Assembly (NCBI GenBank): GCA_003661775.1 | Contig: QMWT01000001.1 | Span: 1,199 to 65,198 of the forward strand | From: Thermoprotei archaeon | GTDB taxonomy: Archaea > Thermoproteota > Thermoprotei_A > Sulfolobales > Ignisphaeraceae | DNA: 64,000 nucleotides | Direction: 5' to 3' | Shown: piece after piece, positions 29,564 to 38,302 of the stretch | How positions within the stretch are numbered: position 1 is the stretch's first letter | Layout: each line of letters begins with the position of its first letter | Translations under genes and position numbers: made by a program | The notes under the pieces: model-generated | The model's input: the letters and a program-made list of their open reading frames with translations, nothing else | Databases searched by the model: none | What the model was told of the DNA's origin: nothing

Positions 29564-31067
29564 GCTTCTTATATACTTTGCTAGCCCTCCACTCAGCTAC
29601 AGCATCGAGGTCTATACCAACCCTTTTCTCGGGGACGTAGTCTACTTTGGCAACCGTAGGTATCCTAACCCACTCTCCGAGAAGAAGCGCTTCACCGACA
29701 TTAAGCGCCGATAATTCCTCTACGAGCTCTTGTGTAACAGCTTCACAGTGTTTAGCAATGTAGTACCGATCTTCGGGATGCGCTATCCTTAGCACAGCCA
29801 GGCTCCCCATCTGGCTTAGTATGTTAGGGTCTAGCCCCCTAGGTCTCTGCGACACTACGATCATACCTACACCAAACTTCCTTCCCTCACGCGCTATATG
29901 CTCAGCGGTTTTCTTAGTAGCAGTATCTTCGTCTATGGGGATAAACACGTGTGCTTCTTCAAGAACCACCACCACGGGTATAGGCAGTTTCACAAGGCTT
30001 CCACTGCTGTACCTGCTCCACAGAGCAAGTTTCCTTTCTTCAAGAACACGCTGAAGCCAATGAGCAACAACGGCATCAGCCTGCGATGCGCGTAGTTCGC
30101 TGAGATCTACCACGTTAATAGCTCCAAGCTCTATTCTTTCAAGCACATCCTCGACCTTCTCATCTATTATCTTGCACAGTAGTCGCGAATATGTAATGAG
30201 CGACTCTAGTACCTTCTGTGCAGGTTCTCCTACACGAAGCGCCTTACCTTGGATACAGTTCCTTAGCTTATCAAAGAAGCTCATTCCATACTTCTTATCA
30301 TCACCATTTTTCAGATTTTCGAAACATTCTAATAATACCATGCGCTGTCTTGTAGCGTTTGGTCTTAGCCCTAGAAGTCTGGCAAGTTCGTCAAATTCTA
30401 ACTTGTAGGGATTTATTTGAGGTGTTATTACGTTCACATGCACGTTTCTGAAGAACATGTTTGTGTACTCACCGTGATAGTCAAATATTATGACTGTTCC
30501 TCCAAGCTCGCCTATTCTCTTGGACAACAAAGCAACGAGGTTGCTCTTACCCATACCCGTCATGGCTAAGATCCCTAAATGTTTTGAGACTATTTTATTA
30601 ACGTTAACTCTTACCTCAACAGTAGGCTCACGTAATAGTGTACCGACTTTGACCCACCCATCCTCAGCAGGGCTGAAGATCCTTCTAAGGATTGTGGGAG
30701 GTGCTCTGAACACCTCTGTGCCGGGCGGAGGAGGTACTGGCGGTATTGAGACCCTGCCATTGTGATCGAGATTACCAACAATCCTTACACGCCCCCGGTA
30801 GTAGTACACCCTTTCGTGTCCCCGAACCACCTTAACGAGCCTCTCGACATCGCGTGGATCGAGGATGTTCTCGCTCAAAATCATGCTGCCAGTAACCGTT
30901 GATTCCACGAATGCTAGCGAGCGATAGCCGTAGTACTCCATATACACATATTCTCCCAGAAGAAGCGGTCTGAAAGAGACTATGTTGGCCATGTAGGGTC
31001 TCGATTCGCCTACTACATAACCCACTAAACTACTTCTATGTTCAGATTCGTTGTCGAAAAGCTTCAA
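29532..31067 (-). CDS. herA: HerA helicase/ATPase
   Basis: HAS barrel, HLGILAMTGMGKS, EEAH, AREGRKFG, SQRP. Confidence 0.93.
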   Translation of the reverse strand: MKLFDNESEHRSSLVGYVVGESRPYMANIVSFRPLLLGEYVYMEYYGYRSLAFVESTVTGSMILSENILDPRDVERLVKVVRGHERVYYYRGRVRIVGNLDHNGRVSIPPVPPPPGTEVFRAPPTILRRIFSPAEDGWVKVGTLLREPTVEVRVNVNKIVSKHLGILAMTGMGKSNLVALLSKRIGELGGTVIIFDYHGEYTNMFFRNVHVNVITPQINPYKLEFDELARLLGLRPNATRQRMVLLECFENLKNGDDKKYGMSFFDKLRNCIQGKALRVGEPAQKVLESLITYSRLLCKIIDEKVEDVLERIELGAINVVDLSELRASQADAVVAHWLQRVLEERKLALWSRYSSGSLVKLPIPVVVVLEEAHVFIPIDEDTATKKTAEHIAREGRKFGVGMIVVSQRPRGLDPNILSQMGSLAVLRIAHPEDRYYIAKHCEAVTQELVEELSALNVGEALLLGEWVRIPTVAKVDYVPEKRVGIDLDAVAEWRASKVYKKLSRMTNNQAL

Positions 31068-32082
31068 CTATGAACACCTCTCGCAATGGTTCGCGAGCAG
31101 AGGGATCTAGAAGGATGCCTGCTATACCAGCAAGTCTCTTGATATCATTATGCGTGATTCTTGCGAGTTCATCGGCTCTAAGTAGCACGTAGGGATACCC
31201 TCCAACACTTCCTTGCTCTAGAATCCTCATGAGAAGCTTTATGTGATGCTTTACATCTTCTAGGACATTTTCTGAACCATGCACAGAGTTTACCGGTATC
31301 TCGACTCTGTAAACTCTTCCTCCCTCCTTTAATCTGAGATAGCTTATCGCTACGTCTTCAAAATATTCAATTCCGTGGATACCTGCAAAAGCTCTGAGTT
31401 TAGATATTAGTGAGGATACGCCACTTATTCGTGAAGCTAGAACAGGCTTCGCGTAACCTGGAACTCCATCTGTGTATTTCTCGAAGTAGTAAACATCTCC
31501 TTTAGCAAACCCTAGAATGTCGCGGGAACTAGAGTTTTTCGCTACGAACACAGTTCGGAAGCCCAGCTTAGAAACCGCTTCAAGCATTTCTCTCAGAATC
31601 TCACTGGGCTTTTTCATTTTACCATTCTTTACAAGCTCTAACTCACCACGTGTTCTAAGAAGAGTACTTGATTTAGCAAGTAACGAACCATCCACTAGGA
31701 TAAGACCGTTTTGATTTTCCTTAATAGATCTCTTAAGCATCTTAGTCTCTAGCTCAATACCCTTAATAAATAGTTCATGCTCAATGTTGTTACTCGAAAA
31801 CAAGTCTACATCTACATCACCCTCATAAAGTTCTTCTCCATCATGTTTTAACATAACTAGTGCTACATCTACCACATATAGTGCATACCCTCTATACTCA
31901 ATATAATTGAAGCCGCTGTCTATACCAGCAAGATTTACACGTATACGGGAAGCGCATGGAGAAACACACTCGACCCATAAAGATTTTATGTACTTAATCT
32001 TATCTAGGGGCAGCAACTCATCTACCTTAGCCTTTATATGCTCAATGTTCTTCATCAGGATCTCTAACGCCTCTGGCAACAT
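31042..32082 (-). CDS. nurA: NurA nuclease
   Basis: GIDSG, VDGSL, VAKNS, GYPYVLLRADE; overlaps herA. Confidence 0.92.
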   Translation of the reverse strand: MLPEALEILMKNIEHIKAKVDELLPLDKIKYIKSLWVECVSPCASRIRVNLAGIDSGFNYIEYRGYALYVVDVALVMLKHDGEELYEGDVDVDLFSSNNIEHELFIKGIELETKMLKRSIKENQNGLILVDGSLLAKSSTLLRTRGELELVKNGKMKKPSEILREMLEAVSKLGFRTVFVAKNSSSRDILGFAKGDVYYFEKYTDGVPGYAKPVLASRISGVSSLISKLRAFAGIHGIEYFEDVAISYLRLKEGGRVYRVEIPVNSVHGSENVLEDVKHHIKLLMRILEQGSVGGYPYVLLRADELARITHNDIKRLAGIAGILLDPSAREPLREVFIVEAFRQRI

Positions 32083-32213
32083 CTTGTTACCCCACTACTT
32101 ACGGCATGCCTGATTAGGCGGTATTACCACAATATTAAAAAGGAGAGGGAACATCGAAACTACTCGTCTATCGAGGGTGGTAGTTTCCTAAAGATACATG
32201 GTGGGGCCTATAC

Positions 32214-32879
32214 ATGAAGAAGGTGTATCTAAGAAGGCACTTGATGGTTAAGGGAAGATTTGCGGATTTGATATTAAAGGGTACCAAGACCACTACGATT
32301 AGACTTGGCGAGGTTGTACCTAAGTACGACGAAATAATAATACATGGAGGAGGTAGACCTATTGCCAAGGCAAAGATAACTAGCGTGAAGGTGAAGAGAA
32401 TCAAAGAGCTTACGGAAGAAGATGCTAAGAAAGATGGGTATAGCTCCCTAGAAGAGCTACTCAAAGATCTTGAACGGGTGTACAGCCGCAAGATTCTGCC
32501 TGACGATGTTGTTACAATAATAGAGTTCCGTGTAATTCAGAGATTTACTGATTTGAATCCTGATGACGTTTATCTAGGGCTTAGCCCTGTAGATATCGCC
32601 AGACTAGGACTTAGGTATTTAGGCAAGGAGCTAGGAGACGACGAGCGTAGGATCCTGCATGCTGTTCTACGTTTTCAGAGCATTAGAACTGCTTCCATAA
32701 AGCTATTCGGGACTCTAAACATGAGATGGAAAATTAGGAGGGTTCTTAGGAAAGTGCTGTTTAGACTCATCGAAAAAGGATTGCTTAAAGTAGACAAGAA
32801 AAAGCTTTCAGAACTTCTGAAGCTCCGGGGATATAGGTCGCTCGAGAATCTTATTATGGAGAAGGAAAATGAAAGTTGA
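32214..32879 (+). CDS. ASCH-domain protein with C-terminal helical/HTH extension
   Basis: GTKTTTIR, 'ELTEEDAKKDG'. Confidence 0.88.
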   Translation: MKKVYLRRHLMVKGRFADLILKGTKTTTIRLGEVVPKYDEIIIHGGGRPIAKAKITSVKVKRIKELTEEDAKKDGYSSLEELLKDLERVYSRKILPDDVVTIIEFRVIQRFTDLNPDDVYLGLSPVDIARLGLRYLGKELGDDERRILHAVLRFQSIRTASIKLFGTLNMRWKIRRVLRKVLFRLIEKGLLKVDKKKLSELLKLRGYRSLENLIMEKENES

Positions 32880-32967
32880 ACTCGCCCCGATTTCAGCATT
32901 ATGTCGCACATAACAATCAGCTTTAACTGGGAGGGGCTAGTCACAAGAACTTGTAGGGCGAGTTCTT

Positions 32968-34083
32968 TTGAGAATTCGGGATAGATTATGTAGATTGCTG
33001 AACGAGAGAGGAGTACAAGCTGTCATGATTTTTGACCGGGCAAATTTCCGTTACGTAACACGAGGCGACCTTGATTATTCGGCAGCACTTCTCTTAGTAG
33101 ACTCGAGAAAATGTAGCTATGTACTCATAACACACGTACTCGAGCACGCTAAATACGAAGAAGCTCTGAAAGTTAAGCCGCAAGACGTTTACCTATACTC
33201 TACATACCCGTTATCATACGATCATCAGTACATGCTCGTTAATAACATTGTTGAAGCTGTTGACAGGGCTGCAACCAAGTATTTAGATCCCGAAAAAGAC
33301 TCCGTGGGATTTCTCTCTACGTGGTGCAGTGATGGTATTGTTAGGTATCTAGCAAAAAGATGGAAACTTGTCGACGTTTCGGACATATTTACGTATAGCA
33401 GACTTGTTAAAGAGGCAGATGAGATCGAATCTATTAAAAAAGCAGGGAGTATTCTTTGCAGGTCTGTACATCAAGCTCTAAGCGAGCTAAGAGCAGGTAT
33501 TACAGAGCTTGACCTAGCATCGTTGATAGTATCTGAGATCATTCGATTAGAAGGGCGGCCGGGAGTCTTTCCTATAATTGCGTCAGGCACCCGGTCAGCT
33601 ATACATAATGCTAAAGCAAGTAACAAGAAAATAGAGATCAACGAGCTTGTGGTCATAGAGATCGTTGTTGAGTACGAAGGGTATAATGCAGATGCAACCT
33701 TCACTTACGCAATGCCAAAGGTTAAGAAAGAGCTTAGAGACGTAGCTAAGATCGTTGAAGAAGCTCAACTCAATACAAAGAACATGGTTAGAACCGGTAT
33801 CAGGGCTAGAGACCTAGATAGCATAGCGAGGAAGTATATAGAGATGAAAGGCTACGGCAAGTACTTTATCCACCCCACGGGACACGGGATAGGGCTAGAG
33901 ATTCACGAACCTCCGTACATCGCCCCAGAAACGGATACCGTACTCGAGGAGGGGATGATCCTGACTGTGGAGCCAGGGATACATATCCTGGGCCTTGGCG
34001 GCGCTAAGATCGGGGATACTGTTCTAGTAACCAGAAAAGGATATGAGGAGTTAACACCCTGCTTAAAGCTGAAAGGTGTTTAG
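32968..34083 (+). CDS. M24-family (Xaa-Pro) peptidase homolog with altered metal ligands
   Basis: GHGIGLEIHE and TVEPG present; RIED replaced by KIGD. Confidence 0.88.
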   Translation: MRIRDRLCRLLNERGVQAVMIFDRANFRYVTRGDLDYSAALLLVDSRKCSYVLITHVLEHAKYEEALKVKPQDVYLYSTYPLSYDHQYMLVNNIVEAVDRAATKYLDPEKDSVGFLSTWCSDGIVRYLAKRWKLVDVSDIFTYSRLVKEADEIESIKKAGSILCRSVHQALSELRAGITELDLASLIVSEIIRLEGRPGVFPIIASGTRSAIHNAKASNKKIEINELVVIEIVVEYEGYNADATFTYAMPKVKKELRDVAKIVEEAQLNTKNMVRTGIRARDLDSIARKYIEMKGYGKYFIHPTGHGIGLEIHEPPYIAPETDTVLEEGMILTVEPGIHILGLGGAKIGDTVLVTRKGYEELTPCLKLKGV

Positions 34084-34085
34084 CT

Positions 34086-34316
34086 ATGAGTGACAAGACT
34101 AAGAGTGAGAAACCCCTCGAAGTAGCGGATATAGAGAACATATGGTTTGAATATGATAGACAGAATGATATACTGTACATAAACTTCGGCTACGATGTAG
34201 AAGACGCTGATGAATCATTACTCACCGAGAACAACATTGTTGTAAGAATAAAGAACGGTAAAATTGTGAGTCTTACAGTTTTCGACTTCTCTAGGAGAGT
34301 AGGACTTGAGATATAA
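34086..34316 (+). CDS. DUF2283-family protein
   Basis: 'YDRQNDILYI' motif; 76 aa. Confidence 0.8.
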   Translation: MSDKTKSEKPLEVADIENIWFEYDRQNDILYINFGYDVEDADESLLTENNIVVRIKNGKIVSLTVFDFSRRVGLEI

Positions 34317-34527
34317 ACCTTTTTATGAAGATCTTCGCATTGTATCAACAACAAAATCCCCCTTTATTCGGAAATAAGTAGCGCTATGATTTCTTGATCT
34401 TCATTCTTAGAAACCCATTTAAAAGCGATAGCGACATATTAAACATATATAAATTTCGTGAACAAGGGGTAAGGATAGGTTTAAGTGTGATCAAGTAGAT
34501 AATGATACTTAAGAGGTGTAATAGCAG

Positions 34528-35577
34528 ATGAAGAGATTATCTGAAGTGAGAAAAGTACAGCGCTTCGGTAAATCAACCCTCATGGTCTCGTTGCCTGCCG
34601 AGTGGGTTAAGGTAATGGGGCTTAAACCAGGGGACCTTGTAAGAATTAATGTACGCGAAGACGGGACCCTAGTCGTAGTTCCTCATAGCTCAACTGTACA
34701 TCGTGAAGAGAGCATAGTCGAAATTCTCATCTCAAGCAAGACGAGCGATGAACTTCTCCGAAGAGCTATCTACACCTCCTACATAACGGGTCATGATAAG
34801 ATCGTGATCAGGAGTGTGGATCCCAGCCTCACTGCAGATCAGGTTCAAGGAGTAAGGTCTATGGTACGAGCTTTAATAGGGGCGGAAATAGTTGAGCAAG
34901 ACCTATCAAAAATAGTTGTTCAGGTATTTATCGATACGGCCCGCTACAATATACAGAACCTGGTTTCACGTATGATTAACATAATAAAATCTATGATCAG
35001 CTACCTCAATGCAGGACTTCATGAATTCAAAACATCACTTTTCAGAGAACTGCTTGAGCTAGAATTCGAATTAGATAGAGTCTACACACTTGCCGTACGC
35101 TACACATATGTGCTAAGCTCACAACGTGAACAGGAAAGTGCTGAAGAACTTCCACTTCTCACCGAGTACAGAGCACTCATAAAATCGCTAGAGGACGTTG
35201 GGGATACTCTATCTTCGATAGCTAAGCTTGTAGATGGCGACAGCACCTTCGAAAAACTGGCGAGGATTCTCAGAGAACCTATAGCCGAAATCTCGGATCT
35301 CATAAACTACTCTCTAGACGTTATGATGGCCTCTCTTAACAGTAGAAACGTATTGCTAGCTAACAAATCTGTTGATATAACAGCAGAATTAGTATCCTAT
35401 TTCTCTAAGCTTGAGTACTCAGTGGTGAAAAAGGTTGGTATGGAGGAATATCCCAAGGTGAGAAGTATGCTAGAGCGTATAAGACTAGCGTGTAACTATT
35501 TGCAGAGCTCGGCTGAGATGATATTTGACATAGTTGTAGCGTCAAAGGGTAACCGCATAGACCTGACGATGAAGTGA
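34528..35577 (+). CDS. AbrB/MazE-PhoU phosphate uptake regulator-family protein
   Basis: RKVQRFGKSTLMVSLPAEW N-terminus plus PhoU helical repeats. Confidence 0.9.
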   Translation: MKRLSEVRKVQRFGKSTLMVSLPAEWVKVMGLKPGDLVRINVREDGTLVVVPHSSTVHREESIVEILISSKTSDELLRRAIYTSYITGHDKIVIRSVDPSLTADQVQGVRSMVRALIGAEIVEQDLSKIVVQVFIDTARYNIQNLVSRMINIIKSMISYLNAGLHEFKTSLFRELLELEFELDRVYTLAVRYTYVLSSQREQESAEELPLLTEYRALIKSLEDVGDTLSSIAKLVDGDSTFEKLARILREPIAEISDLINYSLDVMMASLNSRNVLLANKSVDITAELVSYFSKLEYSVVKKVGMEEYPKVRSMLERIRLACNYLQSSAEMIFDIVVASKGNRIDLTMK

Positions 35578-35585
35578 GGAGAGAA

Positions 35586-35700
35586 TGGTGGGCCCGCGGG
35601 GATTTGAACCCCGGACCACGGGGACTTTCGCCTGTAGGTCCCGAGTCGGGCACCGAGTACTCGGTGTACCCCGCATCCTACCAGGCTAGACGACGGGCCC
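35586..35700 (-). tRNA. tRNA-Pro(CGG) with two introns (32/33: 35645-35667; 37/38: 35625-35639), CCA encoded
   Basis: Removing the 23-nt and 15-nt inserts gives a 77-nt cloverleaf with CGGGG-TT-CGG-GT-CCCCG; bulge-helix-bulge geometry at both junctions. Confidence 0.92.
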
Positions 35701-35757
35701 AGCCATGCACACTTACTGTTCTGAGCTGCTTTTAAAGCTTGAACATAATCAGAATGA

Positions 35758-36519
35758 GTGGTACCAGCCTTGGTCTCCCGCTACGCTATTGAAGTAATTG
35801 CCCGGCGCATAGCAGGAGACATAGTGCTGGCAGAGAACACGGCCTCTGCCATGAGGAAGTGGCGTGAGATCTTCGGCTTAACACAATCAGAGCTCGCTAA
35901 ACTCATGGGTATCTCGCCCAGCGTTTTAAGCGACTACGAGAAAGGAAGACGTGTCCCCGGCGCGAGATTTCTGAAGAGATTTGTTGAGGCGCTGCTAAGA
36001 GCTGATGAGGCGCGCGGGTGGCCTACTGTAAGAAATCTGCTGAGCAACGTTGTTCCCCGGATGGACGCTGTTATTGATATGCACGAGTTCTGGAATCCCA
36101 TAACGGTTGCCCAGTTAGTAGAGCTTGTAGAGGGTATTGTGCTAAACACCTTTGTCGACAATAAGCCTATTTACGGCTATACGGTGGTCGATAGCATCAG
36201 AGCTATAGAGACAATGCGTGGTTATGAGTACTGGCAACTTCTGGGGATGACAAGTGAAAGAGCTGTGATCTTCACACGTGTATCCAAGGGTCGTTCACCG
36301 ATGGTCGCGGTGAGGGTCTCACCTTTGAAACCTGCTGCGATAGTGATACACGGCCCTCGGAGAACTGTTGATCCGTTAGCACTTAAAATCGCTGAGCTTG
36401 AGCACATTCCGTTTATACTGAGCTTGGCTGCAACAGTCGATGAGCTTGTCAGCAAGCTTAGAAGAGCCGTCGAGCCGCGTACGGGCTATGTAGAACTCAG
36501 TACTTCCCTAAGTTCTTAA
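35758..36519 (+). CDS. Conserved archaeal HTH (XRE-like) transcriptional regulator
   Basis: 'IAGDIV...KWREIF...SDYEKGRR', 'GRSPMVAVR'. Confidence 0.9.
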   Translation: MVPALVSRYAIEVIARRIAGDIVLAENTASAMRKWREIFGLTQSELAKLMGISPSVLSDYEKGRRVPGARFLKRFVEALLRADEARGWPTVRNLLSNVVPRMDAVIDMHEFWNPITVAQLVELVEGIVLNTFVDNKPIYGYTVVDSIRAIETMRGYEYWQLLGMTSERAVIFTRVSKGRSPMVAVRVSPLKPAAIVIHGPRRTVDPLALKIAELEHIPFILSLAATVDELVSKLRRAVEPRTGYVELSTSLSS

Positions 36520-36893
36520 CCGCTCTTCTGCTGAAGCATCATAAGTGCTGCTGCTATATCTCCCTTAGCCCTTATTAGAGCTTGCCTAGCCTCCTCCTCA
36601 CTAACGCCTGCATACTCTGCTACGAATCTCACATCATCCTCACTAATACTTATAGCAGGCTCAGCTTCTCTGATGCTTTCCCTAGCCACTTCGCGTACCT
36701 TACCAGCAACAATTTGATATACTTTCTGTTGTCCGAACTCCATGACCATTACTTGAGGTTCCTCAAGCACTAGATCCTTGTCTTCGAGCTCTAGAATCAC
36801 CTTCTTAACTCCTTCTAGCTGGTTTATTGAAATGCCCATTCTTTTTAGCTGCCTGAGCTGTCTTTGAAGCTCCCTCGGATTTATAGGTAGCAA
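36516..36893 (-). CDS. nac: Nascent polypeptide-associated complex protein
   Basis: NPRELQRQLRQLKRMG; C-terminal UBA 'EDDVRFVAEYAGVSEEEARQAL...GDIAAA'; start placed at TTG 36893. Confidence 0.92.
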   Translation of the reverse strand: MLPINPRELQRQLRQLKRMGISINQLEGVKKVILELEDKDLVLEEPQVMVMEFGQQKVYQIVAGKVREVARESIREAEPAISISEDDVRFVAEYAGVSEEEARQALIRAKGDIAAALMMLQQKSG

Positions 36894-36972
36894 TACGCCT
36901 CTCCCACATACAGAGGTGTGGTACGAGTATATATCGTCTCTCATGTTCATGCAACAGCCGTGGTGATGGTGT

Positions 36973-38244
36973 TTGGCAAAGCTAAGCATATCTATACTTG
37001 GCGGAGGGCGTGAGGTAGGAAGAGCTGCCGTGATCGTGAGCGATGGTTCTCATAAGGTTCTTTTCGATTATGGTATAGGGCTGGGCGAGGACGATATCCC
37101 TATCCTCCCGCTTCCAGCAAAACCCGCAGAACTGGATCTTATAGCGATAACACACTCACATCTAGATCATATAGGTGCTGCTCCATTTCTGTACGTATCG
37201 AAACGTACACCCGTGTTAATGACTGGTTTAACCCGCAATCTTGCACAGGTAATGATATCAGATATGCTGAAGCTCGCTGGCTATTACCTACCTTTCGAAT
37301 ACCCAGAACTTAATACTATGCTTGAAAGCGTTGTTGAGGCTAAACTTGGTAGCACCGTCGAAGTTGCAGGCGTGCAGGTCGACGTGTTCAACGCTGGACA
37401 CATACCTGGAAGTGCAATGTTTAGGGTAGAGCTAGGGAATAAGTACATGCTATATACGGGTGACGTGAATACCATAGATACCAAACTTGTAAAGGGTGTT
37501 GAGCTCAGCGGTGTAGAAGCAAATACAGTAATAATAGAGTCTACGTACGGCAATGTAGATCATCCACCCAGAGAGTTGGTCGAAGAGGAATTCCTGTCTA
37601 TTGTCAAAAGTGTTGTGGAAGAAGGAGGTAGGGTGCTTATCCCTGCTTTCGCTCTTGGTAGATCTCAAGAGATTCTATGCCTCTTAGCCGAGAAGATGCC
37701 GTACGCCAACGTGTATTACGATGGTATGGCCAGGCATATCATGGAGATATTGCTGAATAATCCCGAAGGTCTCAATAGAATTGACTTGTTAGAAAAGGCC
37801 TACAGGATCTTCACGCCGGTAACCAAGTCCAGCATGCGCAGGAAAATCCTTAAGGAACGCGGAGCCGTAATAGTGACACCCGCGGGAATGTTGAAGGGAG
37901 GTCCAGCTCTCTACTATATAAAGCGTATGTGGAGTGACAAGAACAGTGCTCTGATATTCGTTAGTTTCCAAGCGCCTTCAACGCCAGGGAGGAGAGTTCT
38001 TGAAGAGGGTGTGTTTGAAGAACTGGGTCCCAAGGTCCAAGCAAAGGTGCGTTGGTTCGACTTCTCAAGTCATGCAGGAGTAAGCGGACTCATCAGAATA
38101 CTGAAGAGTGTGAAAGGTCTCGAGAATGTGGTTGTGGTCCACGGCAATGATCCCACAGCTTTTGATTTCGCTGCTCTTGTCGAGGAGGAGCTGGGTGTGA
38201 AGGTATACGTTCCATCAAATGGCGAAACATTAGTTATAGATTAA
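36973..38244 (+). CDS. beta-CASP metallo-beta-lactamase ribonuclease (aCPSF2-like)
   Basis: THSHLDH, AGHIPGS, YTGD, ESTYG, FSSH, VHG; no KH domains. Confidence 0.92.
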   Translation: MAKLSISILGGGREVGRAAVIVSDGSHKVLFDYGIGLGEDDIPILPLPAKPAELDLIAITHSHLDHIGAAPFLYVSKRTPVLMTGLTRNLAQVMISDMLKLAGYYLPFEYPELNTMLESVVEAKLGSTVEVAGVQVDVFNAGHIPGSAMFRVELGNKYMLYTGDVNTIDTKLVKGVELSGVEANTVIIESTYGNVDHPPRELVEEEFLSIVKSVVEEGGRVLIPAFALGRSQEILCLLAEKMPYANVYYDGMARHIMEILLNNPEGLNRIDLLEKAYRIFTPVTKSSMRRKILKERGAVIVTPAGMLKGGPALYYIKRMWSDKNSALIFVSFQAPSTPGRRVLEEGVFEELGPKVQAKVRWFDFSSHAGVSGLIRILKSVKGLENVVVVHGNDPTAFDFAALVEEELGVKVYVPSNGETLVID

Positions 38245-38248
38245 AGCG

Positions 38249-38297
38249 TCAGCCCGCTGAAATCACATCACCTCTCAGATTCCAGCGCGCTCATCAA
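38249..38297 (-). ncRNA. Box C/D sRNA
   Basis: TTGATGA-gcgcgctggaat-CTGA-gag-GTGATGT-gatttcagcggg-CTGA. Confidence 0.87.
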
Positions 38298-38302
38298 CCA
38301 AC

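Noticed and set aside
32900..32945. Possible ninth C/D sRNA on the minus strand (two CTGA boxes with an 11-nt guide)
   Set aside because: No convincing C box at the correct spacing; too degenerate to call.
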